Below are positions 1-12,640 of a DNA stretch of 64,000 nt, in pieces. Position 1 is the first letter of the stretch. Every line of letters starts with the position of its first letter. The notes beneath the pieces are model-generated. The model was not told the DNA's origin. It did not search any database and saw only the letters and a program-made list of their open reading frames with translations. Source of the DNA: an uncultured Verrucomicrobiae bacterium (lineage in GTDB: Bacteria; Verrucomicrobiota; Verrucomicrobiia; Limisphaerales; Palsa-1400); assembly GCA_963707025.1 (NCBI GenBank), contig CAVPOM010000006.1, positions 192,001 to 256,000 on the forward strand, read 5' to 3'. The position numbers and the translations under genes were made by a program.

Positions 1-3
1 CTG

Positions 4-231
4 GTGGGGCTGAAGACGGTCGCGCAATTGGCGCGAGAGTATGCGGTGCATCCGGCGCAGGTCACGCAGTGGCGGGCGACGATTCGGGATCACATGCCCG
101 AATTGTTTGAGCCCGGGCAACCCCGCACGGAGGATCAGGAACAGTTGATTGCCCAACTGCATGAGAAGATTGGCCAACTGACGGTGGACTTGGACTGGCT
201 TAAAAAAAAGTCCAGGCAACTGGGGCTTTAA
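4..231 (+). CDS. IS3 transposase OrfA (5' partial; HTH plus coiled coil)
   Basis: TVAQLAREYAVHPAQVTQWR HTH and LHEKIGQLTVDLDWLKKK, typical OrfA C-terminus. Confidence 0.85.
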   Translation: MGLKTVAQLAREYAVHPAQVTQWRATIRDHMPELFEPGQPRTEDQEQLIAQLHEKIGQLTVDLDWLKKKSRQLGL

Positions 232-1118
232 CATGTTTAATCGCTCCCGATCCGCAGCTCAGCGTGCGGCGCCAGTGCGAGCTGCTGGCGGTGTGCCGTG
301 GCAGTTATTATTACCAGTGCTGTCCGGAGACAGAGGAGAACCTGGCGCTGATGCGGCGGTTGGACCAGATGCATTTGGACCACCCGGTTTATGGCAGCCG
401 CAAACTGACCGTGCTGTTGCGCCGGGAGGGTTTGACCATCAATCGCAAACGGGTGGTGCGGCTGCTGCGGTTGATGGGGATCGAGGCGATTTACGCCAAG
501 CCCAAGACGAGTCTGCGGGAGATGGGGCACCAGATTTATCCGTATCTGTTACGCAATTTGGCAGTGACGGGACCGGATCAGGTTTGGTGTTCGGACATTA
601 CGTATGTGCCTATGGCAACTGGGTTTATGTATTTGGTGGCGGTGATGGATTGGTGGAGTCGTTACGTGCTGGGATGGCGCTTGAGCAACACGTTGGAGGC
701 GGACTTTTGTGTGGACGCTTGGGAGGCGGCGTTGCGGGCGGGGCGTCAGGCGCCGTTGATTTCCAATACCGACCAGGGATCGCAGTTCACCTCCCCGATG
801 TTTATCGATGCGGTGGAATCGGCGGGGGTGGACGTGAGCATGGACGGACGGGGTCGCTGGATGGACAACCGGTTTATCGAGCGGCTGTGGCGGAGCGCCA
901 AGTATGAGGACATTTATTTGCAAGACTATGGCGACGGGTTGGCGGCAGGGCGCGGACTGGGCCGGTGGTTTGACGGCTACAACCGGGAACGACCGCACCA
1001 GGCGTTGGGCTATGCGACGCCGGCGGACGCGTATTTTGATCCCGGCACGCATGGAGCCCAACCGGCCAAATGGGAAGCGATGCAACCTGCCAGAGGCAGG
1101 AGCGATCGCAGCACTTGA
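204..1118 (+). CDS. IS3 transposase OrfB (DDE/rve), reached by -1 frameshift at the A8G run (202-210)
   Basis: WCSDITY, NTDQGSQFTS, DNRFIERLWRSAKYE motifs; the frame is open from 204, directly at the slippery run. Confidence 0.9.
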   Translation, partial: KKVQATGALTCLIAPDPQLSVRRQCELLAVCRGSYYYQCCPETEENLALMRRLDQMHLDHPVYGSRKLTVLLRREGLTINRKRVVRLLRLMGIEAIYAKPKTSLREMGHQIYPYLLRNLAVTGPDQVWCSDITYVPMATGFMYLVAVMDWWSRYVLGWRLSNTLEADFCVDAWEAALRAGRQAPLISNTDQGSQFTSPMFIDAVESAGVDVSMDGRGRWMDNRFIERLWRSAKYEDIYLQDYGDGLAAGRGLGRWFDGYNRERPHQALGYATPADAYFDPGTHGAQPAKWEAMQPARGRSDRST

Positions 1119-1352
1119 CAGAGAGGCAGGCGGCAGGAAAAGGCTTGAAATCAGACCGCCTGCGGCGGTAGAGTTGAGAACCCTAAGAAAACGGAGAGGG
1201 AGGACGGGCAGTGCTCCGCATCGCTCGTTCTCTCTTTCGAAAGGGTTTTGAAACACGGAATGAACAGTAGTCAACTACAATTAGTAATGACAGCAATCGG
1301 CAAAAGTCGCGCTTATTTCATGCGCTCCGTGGTCTAAAGGATGGGGTCCACC

Positions 1353-1595
1353 TCAATCCGCCGCATAGGAGTCGAAATAGATCACCTCGATGTTTTGCAG
1401 TCGAAGGTCAGCACGCCACATTTCAGAAAACGTTGTTTTCCCCGCTCCCCATGGCGCGTTCACAAAAATGACGAGATTCTCGGAAATATTTTGCAGTACA
1501 TTCGAGAGCGATTTGGCGAATTCTTCCCGCCCGAAGAGCGCATCTTTCAAAGGCTCTTTCGGATCAATAATCGTCTTTGGTGGATTTAGTCTCAT
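1353..1595 (-). pseudogene. KAP-family P-loop NTPase, N-terminal fragment interrupted by IS3
   Basis: D-x-FGREEFAK, Walker A APWGAGKTT, VIYFDSY; the TGA stop is supplied by the IS terminus. Confidence 0.8.
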
Positions 1596-1606
1596 ACGGT
1601 TTGGGC

Positions 1607-4261
1607 CTACGAGGGAGCCGGTTCGTTGGGGTCTTCTTTTTCTTCGCTGATGACGGGGGCGATGGCTTTTAGTTTGTCGGCGGATTCCAGCTCGATCAGC
1701 TTCACACCCTGGGTGTTGCGGCCGGTTTCGCGGATGTCGTTGACTTTCGTGCGCACCATCTGGCCGGTCACGGTGATGAGCATGATTTCATCTTCGCTCT
1801 TGACGGTGAGCGCGCCCACCACGTTGCCGGTCTTTTCGGTGGTTTTCATGGTGATGATGCCCTTGCCGGCGCGGGATTGCTGGCGGTATTCGCCAAAATC
1901 GGTGCGCTTGCCGATGCCGTTTTCGCCGGCCACCAGCAGCATGGCGTCCTGCACCACCACGGCCAGGGCGACCACGGCGTCGGTTTTTTCCAGGGTGATG
2001 CCGCGGACGCCGCCGGCGGGGCGGCCCATGGAGCGGACGTCTTCCTCGGAAAAGCGGATGCTCTGGCCTTCGCGGGTGATGATGACCACTTCGTCGTGGC
2101 CGGAGGTCAGAACCACGTCAATCAGGGTGTCGCCCTGCTCGATGCCGATGGCGATGATGCCGCCGCGATGGATGTTGGAAAATTCTTCCAGGGCGGTTTT
2201 CTTGACTGTCCCTTGGGCGGTGGCGAAGAAGATGAAATTGGGCTGGGTCCAGGTCAGGTCCTCCTTGTTCGCGCCGGTTTTGGCCGGGACGCGGATCATG
2301 GCGGCGATTTTTTCGTCGGCCTTCAATTCGAGCAGATTGGCGATGCTGCGGCCCTTGGAGGCGCGGCCCATATCGGGGACTTCATGGACGCGCTCGACAT
2401 AGACGCGGCCGGTGTTGGTGAAGAACATGAGGTAGTCGTGCGTGCTGGCGGTGAAGAGGTGCTCGACAAAATCCTGGTCCTCGCCCGCCGCGTCGGAAGT
2501 TTCGCGGGTGGTCATGCCGATGACGCCCTTGCCGCCGCGGCGCTGGGCGCGATAGGAGCTGACGGCGGTGCGCTTGATCAGGCCGGCGTGGGTGATGGTG
2601 ATGATGACGCCTTCGTTGGCGATGAGGTCTTCGATGGCGATCTCGCCTTCGTCGGGCACCAGATCGGTCAGGCGCGGGGTGGCGTGTTTGGCTTTGATCT
2701 CGCGCAGTTCCTCCTTGATGATGGTGAAGACGCGGGTTTCCTTGGCCAGGATGTCGAGCAGGTCCTTGATCCGTTCCAGGATTTGGGCGTATTCGGCCTT
2801 GACCTTGTCCACTTCCAATCCGGTCAACTGGTAAAGGCGGAGGTCCAAAATGGCGTTGGCCTGGGCTTCGCTGAAGGAATAGCGCCCGCTGGTCAGGCGA
2901 TTTTCGTCACGGATGAGGACCCCGAAGCGCTCGACCTGGACGCGGGTAAAGTCGAAGGCGAGCAGTTTGATGCGGGCCTCCTCGCGGTTGGAAGACTGGC
3001 GGATGATGCGGATGAATTCGTCCAGGTTGGCCAGGGCGATGAGGTAGCCGTCGAGGGTTTCGGCGCGCTCCTCGGCCTTGCGCAGGTCAAAGCGGGCGCG
3101 GCGGATGACGACTTCGCGGCGGTGCTCGATGTAGCAATTGATGATCTCCTTGAGGGTGAGGGTTTTGGGCCGGCCGTGGTCAATGGCGAGGGCGTTGACG
3201 CTGAAACTGCTTTCCAGGGCGGTGTTTTTGTAAAGGTTGCTGATGACCACTTTGGCGATGGCGTCGCGTTTCAACTCGATCACCACGCGGGTGTTCTCGT
3301 CGGATTCATCGCGCACGGCGGTGATGTCAGTAATAACTTTCTCGTTGACCAGCTCGGCGATGCGCTCGACCAGCACGGCGCGATTGACGTTGTAAGGAAT
3401 CTCGGTGATGATGATTTGCTCGCGTCCGCCCTTGAGCGGTTCCACGCCCACCCTGCCGCGGACCTTGAGGCTGCCTTTGCCGGTGGAAAAATACTCCTTG
3501 ATCGGGTCCATGCCGCAAACCATGCAGCCGGTGGGGAAGTCCGGCCCTTTGACATGCTTCATCAGTTCGGCGACGGTGATGTCGGGATTGTCAATCTGCG
3601 CGCAGATGCCGTCAATGACCTCGCCCAGGTTATGCGGGGCCATGTTGGTGGCCATGCCGACGGCGATGCCGGTGCCGCCGTTGACCAGCAGATTGGGAAA
3701 GGCGGCGGGAAAAACGGTTGGCTCCTGATGTTCGCCGTCGTAGTTCGGGACGAAATCAACGGTGTCCCGGTCCATGTCGAGCATCAAAATGGCCCCGAGA
3801 TGGCGCAGACGGGCCTCGGTGTAACGCATGGAGGCGGGCGGGTCGCCCTCGACCGAACCAAAATTACCCTGGCCTTCGATCAACATTTCGCGCATCGCCC
3901 AAGGCTGCGCCATGTGGACCAGGGTCGGGTAAATCGCCATGTCGCCATGCGGATGGTATTTGCCCATCGTCTCCCCGACAATGCGGGCGCATTTCAGAGT
4001 CTTGCGCGCCGGCAGGACGCCCAGCTCGTACATGGCAAACAGAATGCGGCGTTGCGAGGGTTTCAAGCCGTCGCGCGCGTCGGGCAGGGCGCGGGAAATG
4101 ATGACCGACATGGAGTAATCGAGAAAGGAATTCTTGATCTCGTCGGCCACGTTGATCTTCTGGACCTTCTCGTTGGCGGCGAAGAGCGGGGTGATGCTGA
4201 CAGGCAACTGCTCCCTGGGTTCGTTGGGTTCGCCGGGTGGGATGGGGGTTTCGTCGGGCAT
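1607..4261 (-). CDS. gyrA: DNA gyrase subunit A
   Basis: RALPDARDGLKP, YHPHGD, catalytic MRYTE, GyrA-box QRRGGKG and C-terminal beta-pinwheel repeats. Confidence 0.98.
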   Translation of the reverse strand: MPDETPIPPGEPNEPREQLPVSITPLFAANEKVQKINVADEIKNSFLDYSMSVIISRALPDARDGLKPSQRRILFAMYELGVLPARKTLKCARIVGETMGKYHPHGDMAIYPTLVHMAQPWAMREMLIEGQGNFGSVEGDPPASMRYTEARLRHLGAILMLDMDRDTVDFVPNYDGEHQEPTVFPAAFPNLLVNGGTGIAVGMATNMAPHNLGEVIDGICAQIDNPDITVAELMKHVKGPDFPTGCMVCGMDPIKEYFSTGKGSLKVRGRVGVEPLKGGREQIIITEIPYNVNRAVLVERIAELVNEKVITDITAVRDESDENTRVVIELKRDAIAKVVISNLYKNTALESSFSVNALAIDHGRPKTLTLKEIINCYIEHRREVVIRRARFDLRKAEERAETLDGYLIALANLDEFIRIIRQSSNREEARIKLLAFDFTRVQVERFGVLIRDENRLTSGRYSFSEAQANAILDLRLYQLTGLEVDKVKAEYAQILERIKDLLDILAKETRVFTIIKEELREIKAKHATPRLTDLVPDEGEIAIEDLIANEGVIITITHAGLIKRTAVSSYRAQRRGGKGVIGMTTRETSDAAGEDQDFVEHLFTASTHDYLMFFTNTGRVYVERVHEVPDMGRASKGRSIANLLELKADEKIAAMIRVPAKTGANKEDLTWTQPNFIFFATAQGTVKKTALEEFSNIHRGGIIAIGIEQGDTLIDVVLTSGHDEVVIITREGQSIRFSEEDVRSMGRPAGGVRGITLEKTDAVVALAVVVQDAMLLVAGENGIGKRTDFGEYRQQSRAGKGIITMKTTEKTGNVVGALTVKSEDEIMLITVTGQMVRTKVNDIRETGRNTQGVKLIELESADKLKAIAPVISEEKEDPNEPAPS

Positions 4262-4279
4262 GGAGAATTAAAATGGAGT

Positions 4280-4543
4280 TTATTGGGCAGGTGGAGGGCC
4301 GGCGGCCTGGAGGCGCGCGATGATCTGATTGAGTTCCTTGAGGCGCTCTTCGCCGCGGCGTTCGATGTCCAGGGTTTCATCGGGCCGGAGCGCGACGACT
4401 TTGTCATCGCGCAAAACAACGAACTCGGAGTCGAATTGGCGGGCGCGCCGGATGGCGTCGAGCTGGGCATTTTGAAACGCGCGCAACTCCTTGTAGTCGT
4501 CCACGTCCAAAATATCGTCGCTCCAATTATAATCCACGATCAT
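4280..4543 (-). CDS. small protein partnering the zeta-like ATPase (putative antitoxin)
   Basis: ATGA overlap with the upstream ATPase; 87 aa with VVLRDDKVVALRP resembling partners of COG4185 ATPases. Confidence 0.6.
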   Translation of the reverse strand: MIVDYNWSDDILDVDDYKELRAFQNAQLDAIRRARQFDSEFVVLRDDKVVALRPDETLDIERRGEERLKELNQIIARLQAAGPPPAQ

Positions 4544-5118
4544 AACACAACTCCTGCTTGTGAGAGCACGGCCGACCAGAGCGAGCGATCGCGAATGACA
4601 GTGCGGCCATTTTTCTGGACCGCCACCAGACGCAATGACTCATTGGAATTATCAAACAGCTTCCAGGCGTCGTCCAGCGGGCAAAAGTCGTTGAAGAAAT
4701 TGGCGAGGGTTTTTAAGAACCGGCGGCGAACATCCCGCACCGGAACGTCGTGTCCCCCTTCGCGAACGCGCCGCCGGATTCGGTCAATGGATTCTTCCAA
4801 GGACTGAATCCAAATAAATACCAGCTTGATAAGATAACCCGCGGCCTTGGCTTTCACCACCCAACTTTTCGTGGTGCGGCCACTCAAGGTCATTTCCCAG
4901 GCAAAGGTTTTTCGCTCACGGATCAGGCGACCGACCCGGGTGAGCGCAATTCGGGCCGCCGCGCCCGCCGCCGCATCCGGGGCAAACGGGGACAAGCCGC
5001 GCGCGATCAAATCCACATTGACAAACTCCAGCTCGCCGGATTCCTCCGGCAAAAAGCGGCTGGCGAAGGTGGTCTTGCCCGCGGCGTTGGGGCCGGCGAT
5101 GAGGTAGAGGGTTGGCAT
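4540..5118 (-). CDS. zeta-toxin-like / COG4185 P-loop ATPase
   Basis: IAGPNAAGKTT, FVNVDLIARGLSPF, RVREGGHDVP motifs. Confidence 0.85.
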   Translation of the reverse strand: MPTLYLIAGPNAAGKTTFASRFLPEESGELEFVNVDLIARGLSPFAPDAAAGAAARIALTRVGRLIRERKTFAWEMTLSGRTTKSWVVKAKAAGYLIKLVFIWIQSLEESIDRIRRRVREGGHDVPVRDVRRRFLKTLANFFNDFCPLDDAWKLFDNSNESLRLVAVQKNGRTVIRDRSLWSAVLSQAGVVL

Positions 5119-5123
5119 GAATG

Positions 5124-7610
<2,487 letters not shown>

Positions 7611-7854
7611 TCATGCTCAATTTTGGCCGTGGAAATCGTCTCAGCGCCACCGTTTTTGGGCGCGCGAATCGCTCCCTAAAAGAATAGGGAAAAAGGCGTG
7701 GGAAAACAAACTTTTTTTGCGCTTTTTTAAGCGAAAAAACGCAATTAGTTGTGGGGTCCGGCCCGCCCCTACGCCAAGGGTTGTGGAGCGTCTTTGGGCC
7801 GGCCGCCCGGCCAGAAACGGCCGGGCGCGCTGGCCCTTCGGGCTGCCGCCGCGA

Positions 7855-9666
7855 TTACCAGAACTTGATGTAGAACAGGACGACGCAGGCGATAACGATC
7901 AGGCTCAAGATGACGTCCATTGCGTTCCAACTGGCTTTGGTGGCGGCTTTTTCCTCCGGGGAGGCGCCATACCAGGTGTATTTGACGGTCTTTGGATCCG
8001 GCGCCTTGGTCATGAGGCTGATGACGATCATGAGGACGGCGGTGAGGACGAACAGTTCCTGGCAATAATACCATTGGTGGATGTTCCAAAAGTCGAAGAT
8101 GAGGCCGAACTTCGCTTTGATGGGTGCAATGGCTGCGTTGTACTGATCCAAGGTCAGAGTGCCATGGTAAACCTGCTCTTTGAGCTTGGTCACCATGTCA
8201 GAATCGTTACGCATGATAAGGTCGGCCGCGAGTTTGGCGAAGCCGCCCAGCACACCCACGGCAAAGGACCAGAGGGCTGCCGGGGCAGTGGCGCGCTTCC
8301 AAAAGACGCCCCCAATGAACAGCACCGCGATGGCGGGCGAAAGATAGCCTTGCACCGCCTGGAGATACAAATAAAGGTTTTGACTAAGACTCTTGATCAC
8401 GAGCACCCAGCAAATACCGACAAAGACAATCACCGCCGTGGCAATGCGGCCCACGACCACCTCGGTCCGGGGGGGGGTGTTGGGAAACCACTCCCGGTAG
8501 AAATCCATGGTGAAGAGTGTGGCGCAGGCGTTGAATTTGGAGCCCAGCGAAGCCATGAGGGCGACGATCATGCCGCAGGCCACCATGCCCCGGAGGCCGT
8601 GGGGCAGGATTTGTGCCACCAGCGAGGTATAGGCTTGATCACCGTTGGTGGTGAAATTCGCGTCCGGGGTCTGGGTCAGCGCAAAAGCGATCATGCCAGG
8701 CACCAGGAAAATGAACACCGGCGTCAGCTTGAAGAAGCCGGCCAGGATGGTGCCTCGGCGGGACTCCTGCTGGTTTTTGCCGGCGAGCACGCGCTGGACG
8801 ATATACTGGTCGGTGCACCAGTACCAGAAGCCGATGATGGCCGAAGCGGGCAGCACCGCCAGCCAGGGAAAATCAGGATCCTTGTTGGAGCGGATCAAAT
8901 GCACATTGTCGCCGACTTTCGCGAGGGTGGTGTGCCAGCCTTCAATGAGATTGCCGTGGCCCAGAACTTTCAGTCCCATGTACAGGATGCAGACCGAACC
9001 CAGAATTAGCACGGGGGCCTGGAGCACGGAGGTGTACATGATGACCCGCATCCCGCCAAAAATCGTGTAGAGGCCGGTGGTGAAGGCCAGTCCGAGCGCG
9101 ATGACCCAGAAAACGTCAATCTGGTGTCCAAAGATGACAACATGGTCCACGTTCAACAGGGTGCGGATGACGACGTCGCCGGCGTAAATGGTCGCGGCAA
9201 TTTTGGTCAGCACCAGACTGGCGACGGTGAGCAGACTCAGGATGTTGCGCGAGCCGCGGCTGAAGCGCAGTTCGAGGAATTCGGGCATGGTGAAGATTTT
9301 CATGCGGTCGTAGAGCGGCACGAAAGCCCAGCCCAGAATAATGATCCACCACGCATGCATCTCCCAGTGGGCCATCGCCATGCCCGTGATAAACCCGGCG
9401 CCGGCCAAACCGACGAGGTGTTCGGAGCCGATGTTGGAGGAAAAGATCGAGGAACCGATCTGCAGCCAGTTGGCGTCGCGCCCGGACAGGAAGTAGTCCT
9501 TGCCGGACTCGTTCTTCTTGAGCATGGAGTACCAGACGACCGCGACCATGCCCAAGCCGAACAAGACGATCACGAACCAGTCCCAGCTGTTGAAAACCGT
9601 GCCGCTGCCAGGCGTGGCTGCGGCGGCCGGTTGCACCGCCGCGAAGAGGGGAGTCGGTAGATTCAT
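7855..9666 (-). CDS. sodium:solute symporter (SSS/SGLT-like sugar transporter)
   Basis: SNIGSEHLVGLAG, WYWCTDQYIVQRVL, many hydrophobic segments. Confidence 0.93.
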   Translation of the reverse strand: MNLPTPLFAAVQPAAAATPGSGTVFNSWDWFVIVLFGLGMVAVVWYSMLKKNESGKDYFLSGRDANWLQIGSSIFSSNIGSEHLVGLAGAGFITGMAMAHWEMHAWWIIILGWAFVPLYDRMKIFTMPEFLELRFSRGSRNILSLLTVASLVLTKIAATIYAGDVVIRTLLNVDHVVIFGHQIDVFWVIALGLAFTTGLYTIFGGMRVIMYTSVLQAPVLILGSVCILYMGLKVLGHGNLIEGWHTTLAKVGDNVHLIRSNKDPDFPWLAVLPASAIIGFWYWCTDQYIVQRVLAGKNQQESRRGTILAGFFKLTPVFIFLVPGMIAFALTQTPDANFTTNGDQAYTSLVAQILPHGLRGMVACGMIVALMASLGSKFNACATLFTMDFYREWFPNTPPRTEVVVGRIATAVIVFVGICWVLVIKSLSQNLYLYLQAVQGYLSPAIAVLFIGGVFWKRATAPAALWSFAVGVLGGFAKLAADLIMRNDSDMVTKLKEQVYHGTLTLDQYNAAIAPIKAKFGLIFDFWNIHQWYYCQELFVLTAVLMIVISLMTKAPDPKTVKYTWYGASPEEKAATKASWNAMDVILSLIVIACVVLFYIKFW

Positions 9667-9707
9667 ATATTGGAGAGCCTGTCTGTTTAAGGTTCGGCAA
9701 ATTTGGC

Positions 9708-10862
9708 TTACTGAACCGAGAAGCGGTAGATGATGGTGTTTTTATAGGTCTCGCCCGGCTTCAGCTCGGTGGTGGGGAATTGCGGCTTGTTGGGTGAATC
9801 GGGATAATGCTGCGGTTCCATGCAAAAGGCGGCGTGCTTTTGATAGACCCAGCCGCCCTTGCCCGTGATGGTGCCGTCCAGGAAATTGCCCGAGTAAAAC
9901 TGCAACGCCGGTTCGGTGGACCACACTTCCATGACACGTCCGGTGGTTGGCTCGCTCACATGCGCCATCAGGGTCAGTTCGCCCATCTTTTTGTTGATCA
10001 CCCAGTTGTGGTCATACCCGGGACCAAGCTTGAGTTGGGCGTTGTCCGCGTCAATCCGGGCGCCAATGGCCATCGGCTTGCGGAAATCAAAGGGCGTGCC
10101 CTCCACGGACTGCAGGTTGCCCAAGGGAATCAGGCCCGCATCCACCGGCGTGATGTTGTCGGCCGGAATCGTGACGATGTGGCCGAGGATGTCGCCTTTG
10201 CCCGCCAGGTTCCAGTAGCCGTGATGGGTCAGATTGACCACCGTGTCTTTGTCCGTGGTGGCAGTGAAATCAATCCGCAGTTCATTGTTCCCCGTTAGCG
10301 AATAAACCGCGGTGACTTGAAGAGTACCGGGATAGCCTTCCTCGCCGTCCTTGCTGGTGTAATGCAAAGTCAATTGCGGACCGGCCCCGCTGTCTTCTGT
10401 CATCCGGACGGCAGTCCACACTACCTTGTCGAAGCCCTTGTTGCCGCCGTGCAGGGTGTTGCCGTTGTTGTTGGCCGCCAGCGTATAGGTCTTGCCGTCC
10501 AGGGTGAAAGTGGCCTTGCCAATGCGGTTGCCGTAGCGGCCAATAAGCGCGCCGAAATAGGGCGGGGGCGGGGTCTTGGTGTAGTCCTCCAGCTTGTTGC
10601 AGCCCAGGACCACGTCGCCGAATTGGCCGTTCTTGTCCGGCATTTTCAGCGAGAGGACGACGCCGCCGTAGGTCATGATGCGGGCCTCCGCGCCTTTGGA
10701 GTTTTTCAAGGTGTAAACGTCCACCGCCTGACCATCGGGCGTCTTGCCAAAGGCCTCCTTGGTTATGCCCTGGTTGGAGGTTCCCCCGGGGCCGCAGCCG
10801 ACCAGAAAAGCGGCGCATGCGCCCGCGCCAACGACGATTATCCTGCCGATCATGTTTTTCAT
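9708..10862 (-). CDS. galM: aldose 1-epimerase (mutarotase), probable lipoprotein
   Basis: GRYGNRI, NLTHHGYWNL, YDHNW, EPQHYPDSPN; N-terminal LVGC lipobox. Confidence 0.93.
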   Translation of the reverse strand: MKNMIGRIIVVGAGACAAFLVGCGPGGTSNQGITKEAFGKTPDGQAVDVYTLKNSKGAEARIMTYGGVVLSLKMPDKNGQFGDVVLGCNKLEDYTKTPPPPYFGALIGRYGNRIGKATFTLDGKTYTLAANNNGNTLHGGNKGFDKVVWTAVRMTEDSGAGPQLTLHYTSKDGEEGYPGTLQVTAVYSLTGNNELRIDFTATTDKDTVVNLTHHGYWNLAGKGDILGHIVTIPADNITPVDAGLIPLGNLQSVEGTPFDFRKPMAIGARIDADNAQLKLGPGYDHNWVINKKMGELTLMAHVSEPTTGRVMEVWSTEPALQFYSGNFLDGTITGKGGWVYQKHAAFCMEPQHYPDSPNKPQFPTTELKPGETYKNTIIYRFSVQ

Positions 10863-10943
10863 AGTGTGTTTTTGGGTTGATTGAAACGGATTGGATGGCC
10901 GTGGTTTTGTGTTCAGACGTGTTTGAAGGTTTCAGGTTTCAGG

Positions 10944-11636
10944 TTATTTCTGCCCGTAATACGCGCCCGGACCGTGTTTGCGGAAAAAATGTTTGGCCAG
11001 CAGAACCGGCTGCATCGGTTTGACTTTGGGATGGAGGCGCAAAGTTTCGGCGGCCAGCCGGGCCACGAACTCCAGCACCACGGCGTTCTCCACCGCCTGG
11101 CGGACGCTTTGGCCCCAGGTGAACGGCCCGTGGCTGGCCACGAGCACGGCAGAATGATGCGCCGGATCGAGCTTCTTAAATGCCTCAATAATGACATGGC
11201 CGGTGTTCACCTCGTAGTCTGTCTTGATTTCCGCCGGTGTCAACAGGCGGGTGCAGGGAACTTCCCCGTGCCAGTAGTCGGCCTGGGTGGTTCCGTAGGA
11301 GGGAATGCCCCGGCGCGCCTGCGCCCAGGCGGTGGCAAACAGACTGTGGGTATGCGCCACCCCGCCGATTTCCTGAAACGCGCGATAAAGCACCCGGTGC
11401 GTCGGCGTGTCGGAACTGGGCTTGAGCCTGCCCTCGACCACCCGGCCCGTCGCCAGCGAAACCACTACCATCTGTTCCGGCGCCAGGCCTTCGTAAGCCA
11501 CGCCGGAGGGTTTGATCACCAAGTGGCCGCTGGCGCGGTCAACTCCGCTGACATTGCCCCAGGTCTGGACGACCAAGCCCTCCTTGACCAGATCCAGATT
11601 GGCCTGGCAGACCTGCCTTTTAAGTTCTTCGAGCAT
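10944..11636 (-). CDS. araD: L-ribulose-5-phosphate 4-epimerase
   Basis: TWGNVS, IKPSGV, PSSDTPTH, HTHS, RKHGPGAYYGQ. Confidence 0.95.
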   Translation of the reverse strand: MLEELKRQVCQANLDLVKEGLVVQTWGNVSGVDRASGHLVIKPSGVAYEGLAPEQMVVVSLATGRVVEGRLKPSSDTPTHRVLYRAFQEIGGVAHTHSLFATAWAQARRGIPSYGTTQADYWHGEVPCTRLLTPAEIKTDYEVNTGHVIIEAFKKLDPAHHSAVLVASHGPFTWGQSVRQAVENAVVLEFVARLAAETLRLHPKVKPMQPVLLAKHFFRKHGPGAYYGQK

Positions 11637-11743
11637 GGGCGATTACAAATCATGGCCAGACCGCTGGCCTTGGCCGGAACTCATCCGATGCGCTCCGGGA
11701 AGCGCCAATTTTGGGGAAGCGGAGGTTGACGGCAAGTTAATTC

Positions 11744-12214
11744 TTAGCCCGGTCGAACCAGCAAGGAACTACTTCGCTTTCCACGAGGACGGATCTGCCT
11801 TGCGCCAATTCCGGGCTTTTGCGACTTGCGCGCGACGGCGCGAGGCGGTTTCGGTTCAGCAATAAGAATCTCCGCCGGGATATGCAGATGTCGGTGAAGA
11901 TTGCGCATCATGGGAACGGAAAGGCGGCGGCGCCGGTTCAAAACCTCGGAAACACGAGCCCGGCTGCCCAGGGATTTCTCCATGTCCCGCCGCGTCAATC
12001 CCTGCTGCTCCATGCGAAAACGAATCGCTTCAATGGGATCGGGAGGTGGGATGGGAAAATGACGCCTCTCGTAATCGTTGATGACCAAAGCCAACAGCTC
12101 CATCTGCGCAAACCCCGCCGTACCGGCTGGCGGGTCGGTTTCCATAAGGTGTTCCAATTCGCGCAGAGCCGCTTCGTGCGCCTCTTTATTGTGAATGACT
12201 TGAACCTTCATCAT
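11744..12214 (-). CDS. higA: HigA-type HTH antitoxin
   Basis: PDPIEAIRFRMEQQGL...SRARVSEVLNRRRRLS; start overlaps the toxin stop (TAATG). Confidence 0.9.
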   Translation of the reverse strand: MMKVQVIHNKEAHEAALRELEHLMETDPPAGTAGFAQMELLALVINDYERRHFPIPPPDPIEAIRFRMEQQGLTRRDMEKSLGSRARVSEVLNRRRRLSVPMMRNLHRHLHIPAEILIAEPKPPRAVARKSQKPGIGARQIRPRGKRSSSLLVRPG

Positions 12215-12498
12215 TAGAACTTTATTTTGTCGTATTCGGCGTGTGTGCCAAACCATTTGACCAGCACCAGGCCGGCCGTATAATTTACTCTCACCGCCAA
12301 ACGGTAACGATTGCCTTTGATGTTAAAGATCACGACGTTTCCCGCAAGAATACTGGCGCTGGCATATCTTTGCTTAATATCGGCGGGATTTCGCCACTGC
12401 GCCTGTTCCGCGTCGGCAAACTATGCCGCCAATGGCCCCTTCGCGTCGGCGTGTTTTTGGCCGCCTTTGATCAGTTCTTCTCGATTGCTCAGGATCAT
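12214..12498 (-). pseudogene. higB: HigB-type mRNA interferase with an in-frame TAG at codon 26
   Basis: Manual translation MILSNREELIKGGQKHADAKGPLAA*FADAEQAQWRNPADIKQRYASASILAGNVVIFNIKGNRYRL...WFGTHAEYDKIKF; TAG at 12421-12423. Confidence 0.85.
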
Positions 12499-12640
12499 CG
12501 TGTTCCCAAACAGGGAACTTTATGAGCGCTTCGAGACTTTCAGCCAAGAGAATTTTTAAGAAATTCTGCGCCCGTGTCGCGGGCGTGCTCCGCTGGTTGG
12601 ATTCCAACCTGGATACCCGGCCTTCACTGACCTTCATCGG

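Larger units (their letters stand above)
1..1355 (+). mobile_element. IS3-family insertion sequence (left end outside window)
   Basis: OrfA/OrfB pair; element ends ...GGATGGGGTCCACCTCA at 1355 (IS3-type TG...CA terminus), exactly where the neighbouring KAP ORF is cut. Confidence 0.9.

Noticed and set aside
1877..4807. Long antisense ORFs such as the 976-aa ORF here, 28994-31192 and 32959-35778
   Set aside because: Shadow frames of GC-rich gyrA, treS and mutS with no recognisable motifs.
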